Origin: Chiloscyllium plagiosum
Lineage: Eukaryota
Assembly (NCBI RefSeq): GCF_004010195.1
Contig: NC_057719.1
Location: 47,988,130 to 48,036,778 of the forward strand
DNA: 48,649 nt
Direction: 5' to 3'
Shown here: piece after piece, positions 48,362-48,649 of the stretch
Position numbering within the stretch: position 1 is the first letter of the stretch
How the letters are laid out: every line of letters begins with the position of its first letter
The notes under the pieces: model-generated
The model's input: the letters and a program-made list of their open reading frames with translations, nothing else
Databases searched by the model: none
What the model was told of the DNA's origin: nothing
Position numbers and translations under genes: made by a program

Positions 48362-48649
48362 ATTTGAGAGGGAGAGGGTACAGTCGGAAGCGACAGTACT
48401 TCTGTTGCATAAAGGGAATTATGGAGCTATGAGGGAGGAGCTGGCCAAAGTTCAATGGTGCAATACCTTAGCAGGGATGACCGTGGAGGAACAATGGCGG
48501 ATATTTCTGTGTATAATGCAGAAGTTGCAGGATCAGTTCATTCCAAAAAGGAAGAAAGATCCTAGGAGGAGGCATGGGCGGCCGTGGCTGACGACGGAAG
48601 TAAAGAAACATATAAAGTTAAAAGAGAAAAAATATAACATAGCAAAGAT
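48362..48649 (+). mobile_element. Young 5'-truncated CR1 ORF2, running off the window
   Basis: Open frame KGNYGAMREELAKVQW..EEQWRIF..FIPKRKK..PWLTTEVKKHIKLKEKKY with CpGs retained. Confidence 0.85.

Overview
Vertebrate-type, repeat-dense genomic DNA with two N-gaps. The HE1-type SINEs and their HER1/CR1 partner LINEs point to a cartilaginous fish (shark); this is inferred from repeat content. No intact cellular coding gene is recognisable. Main contents: (1) a decayed minus-strand endogenous retrovirus-like element at ~241-4323, with LTR, tRNA-Ser-like PBS, leader repeats, gag carrying a PTAP motif and CCHC knuckle, and a protease stub fused by deletion to the RT thumb; (2) about ten Penelope-like (PLE) terminal fragments from at least three families, most carrying minimal hammerhead-ribozyme cores, several folded into inverted or palindromic units and flanked by 10-16 bp target-site duplications (TSDs); (3) a CpG-rich promoter at ~21.25-21.9 kb built on a ~30-bp periodic array of CCAAT boxes, with a probable first exon and splice donor, so the downstream ~27 kb is probably intronic (candidate small exons near 38.9-39.6 kb); (4) many CR1/HER1, Zenon-like and Rex1-like LINE pieces, including a twin-priming-type 5' inversion, plus HE1 SINEs, a Harbinger Myb remnant and solo-LTR candidates. 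Repeat boundaries are read by eye and are approximate unless a TSD fixes them.
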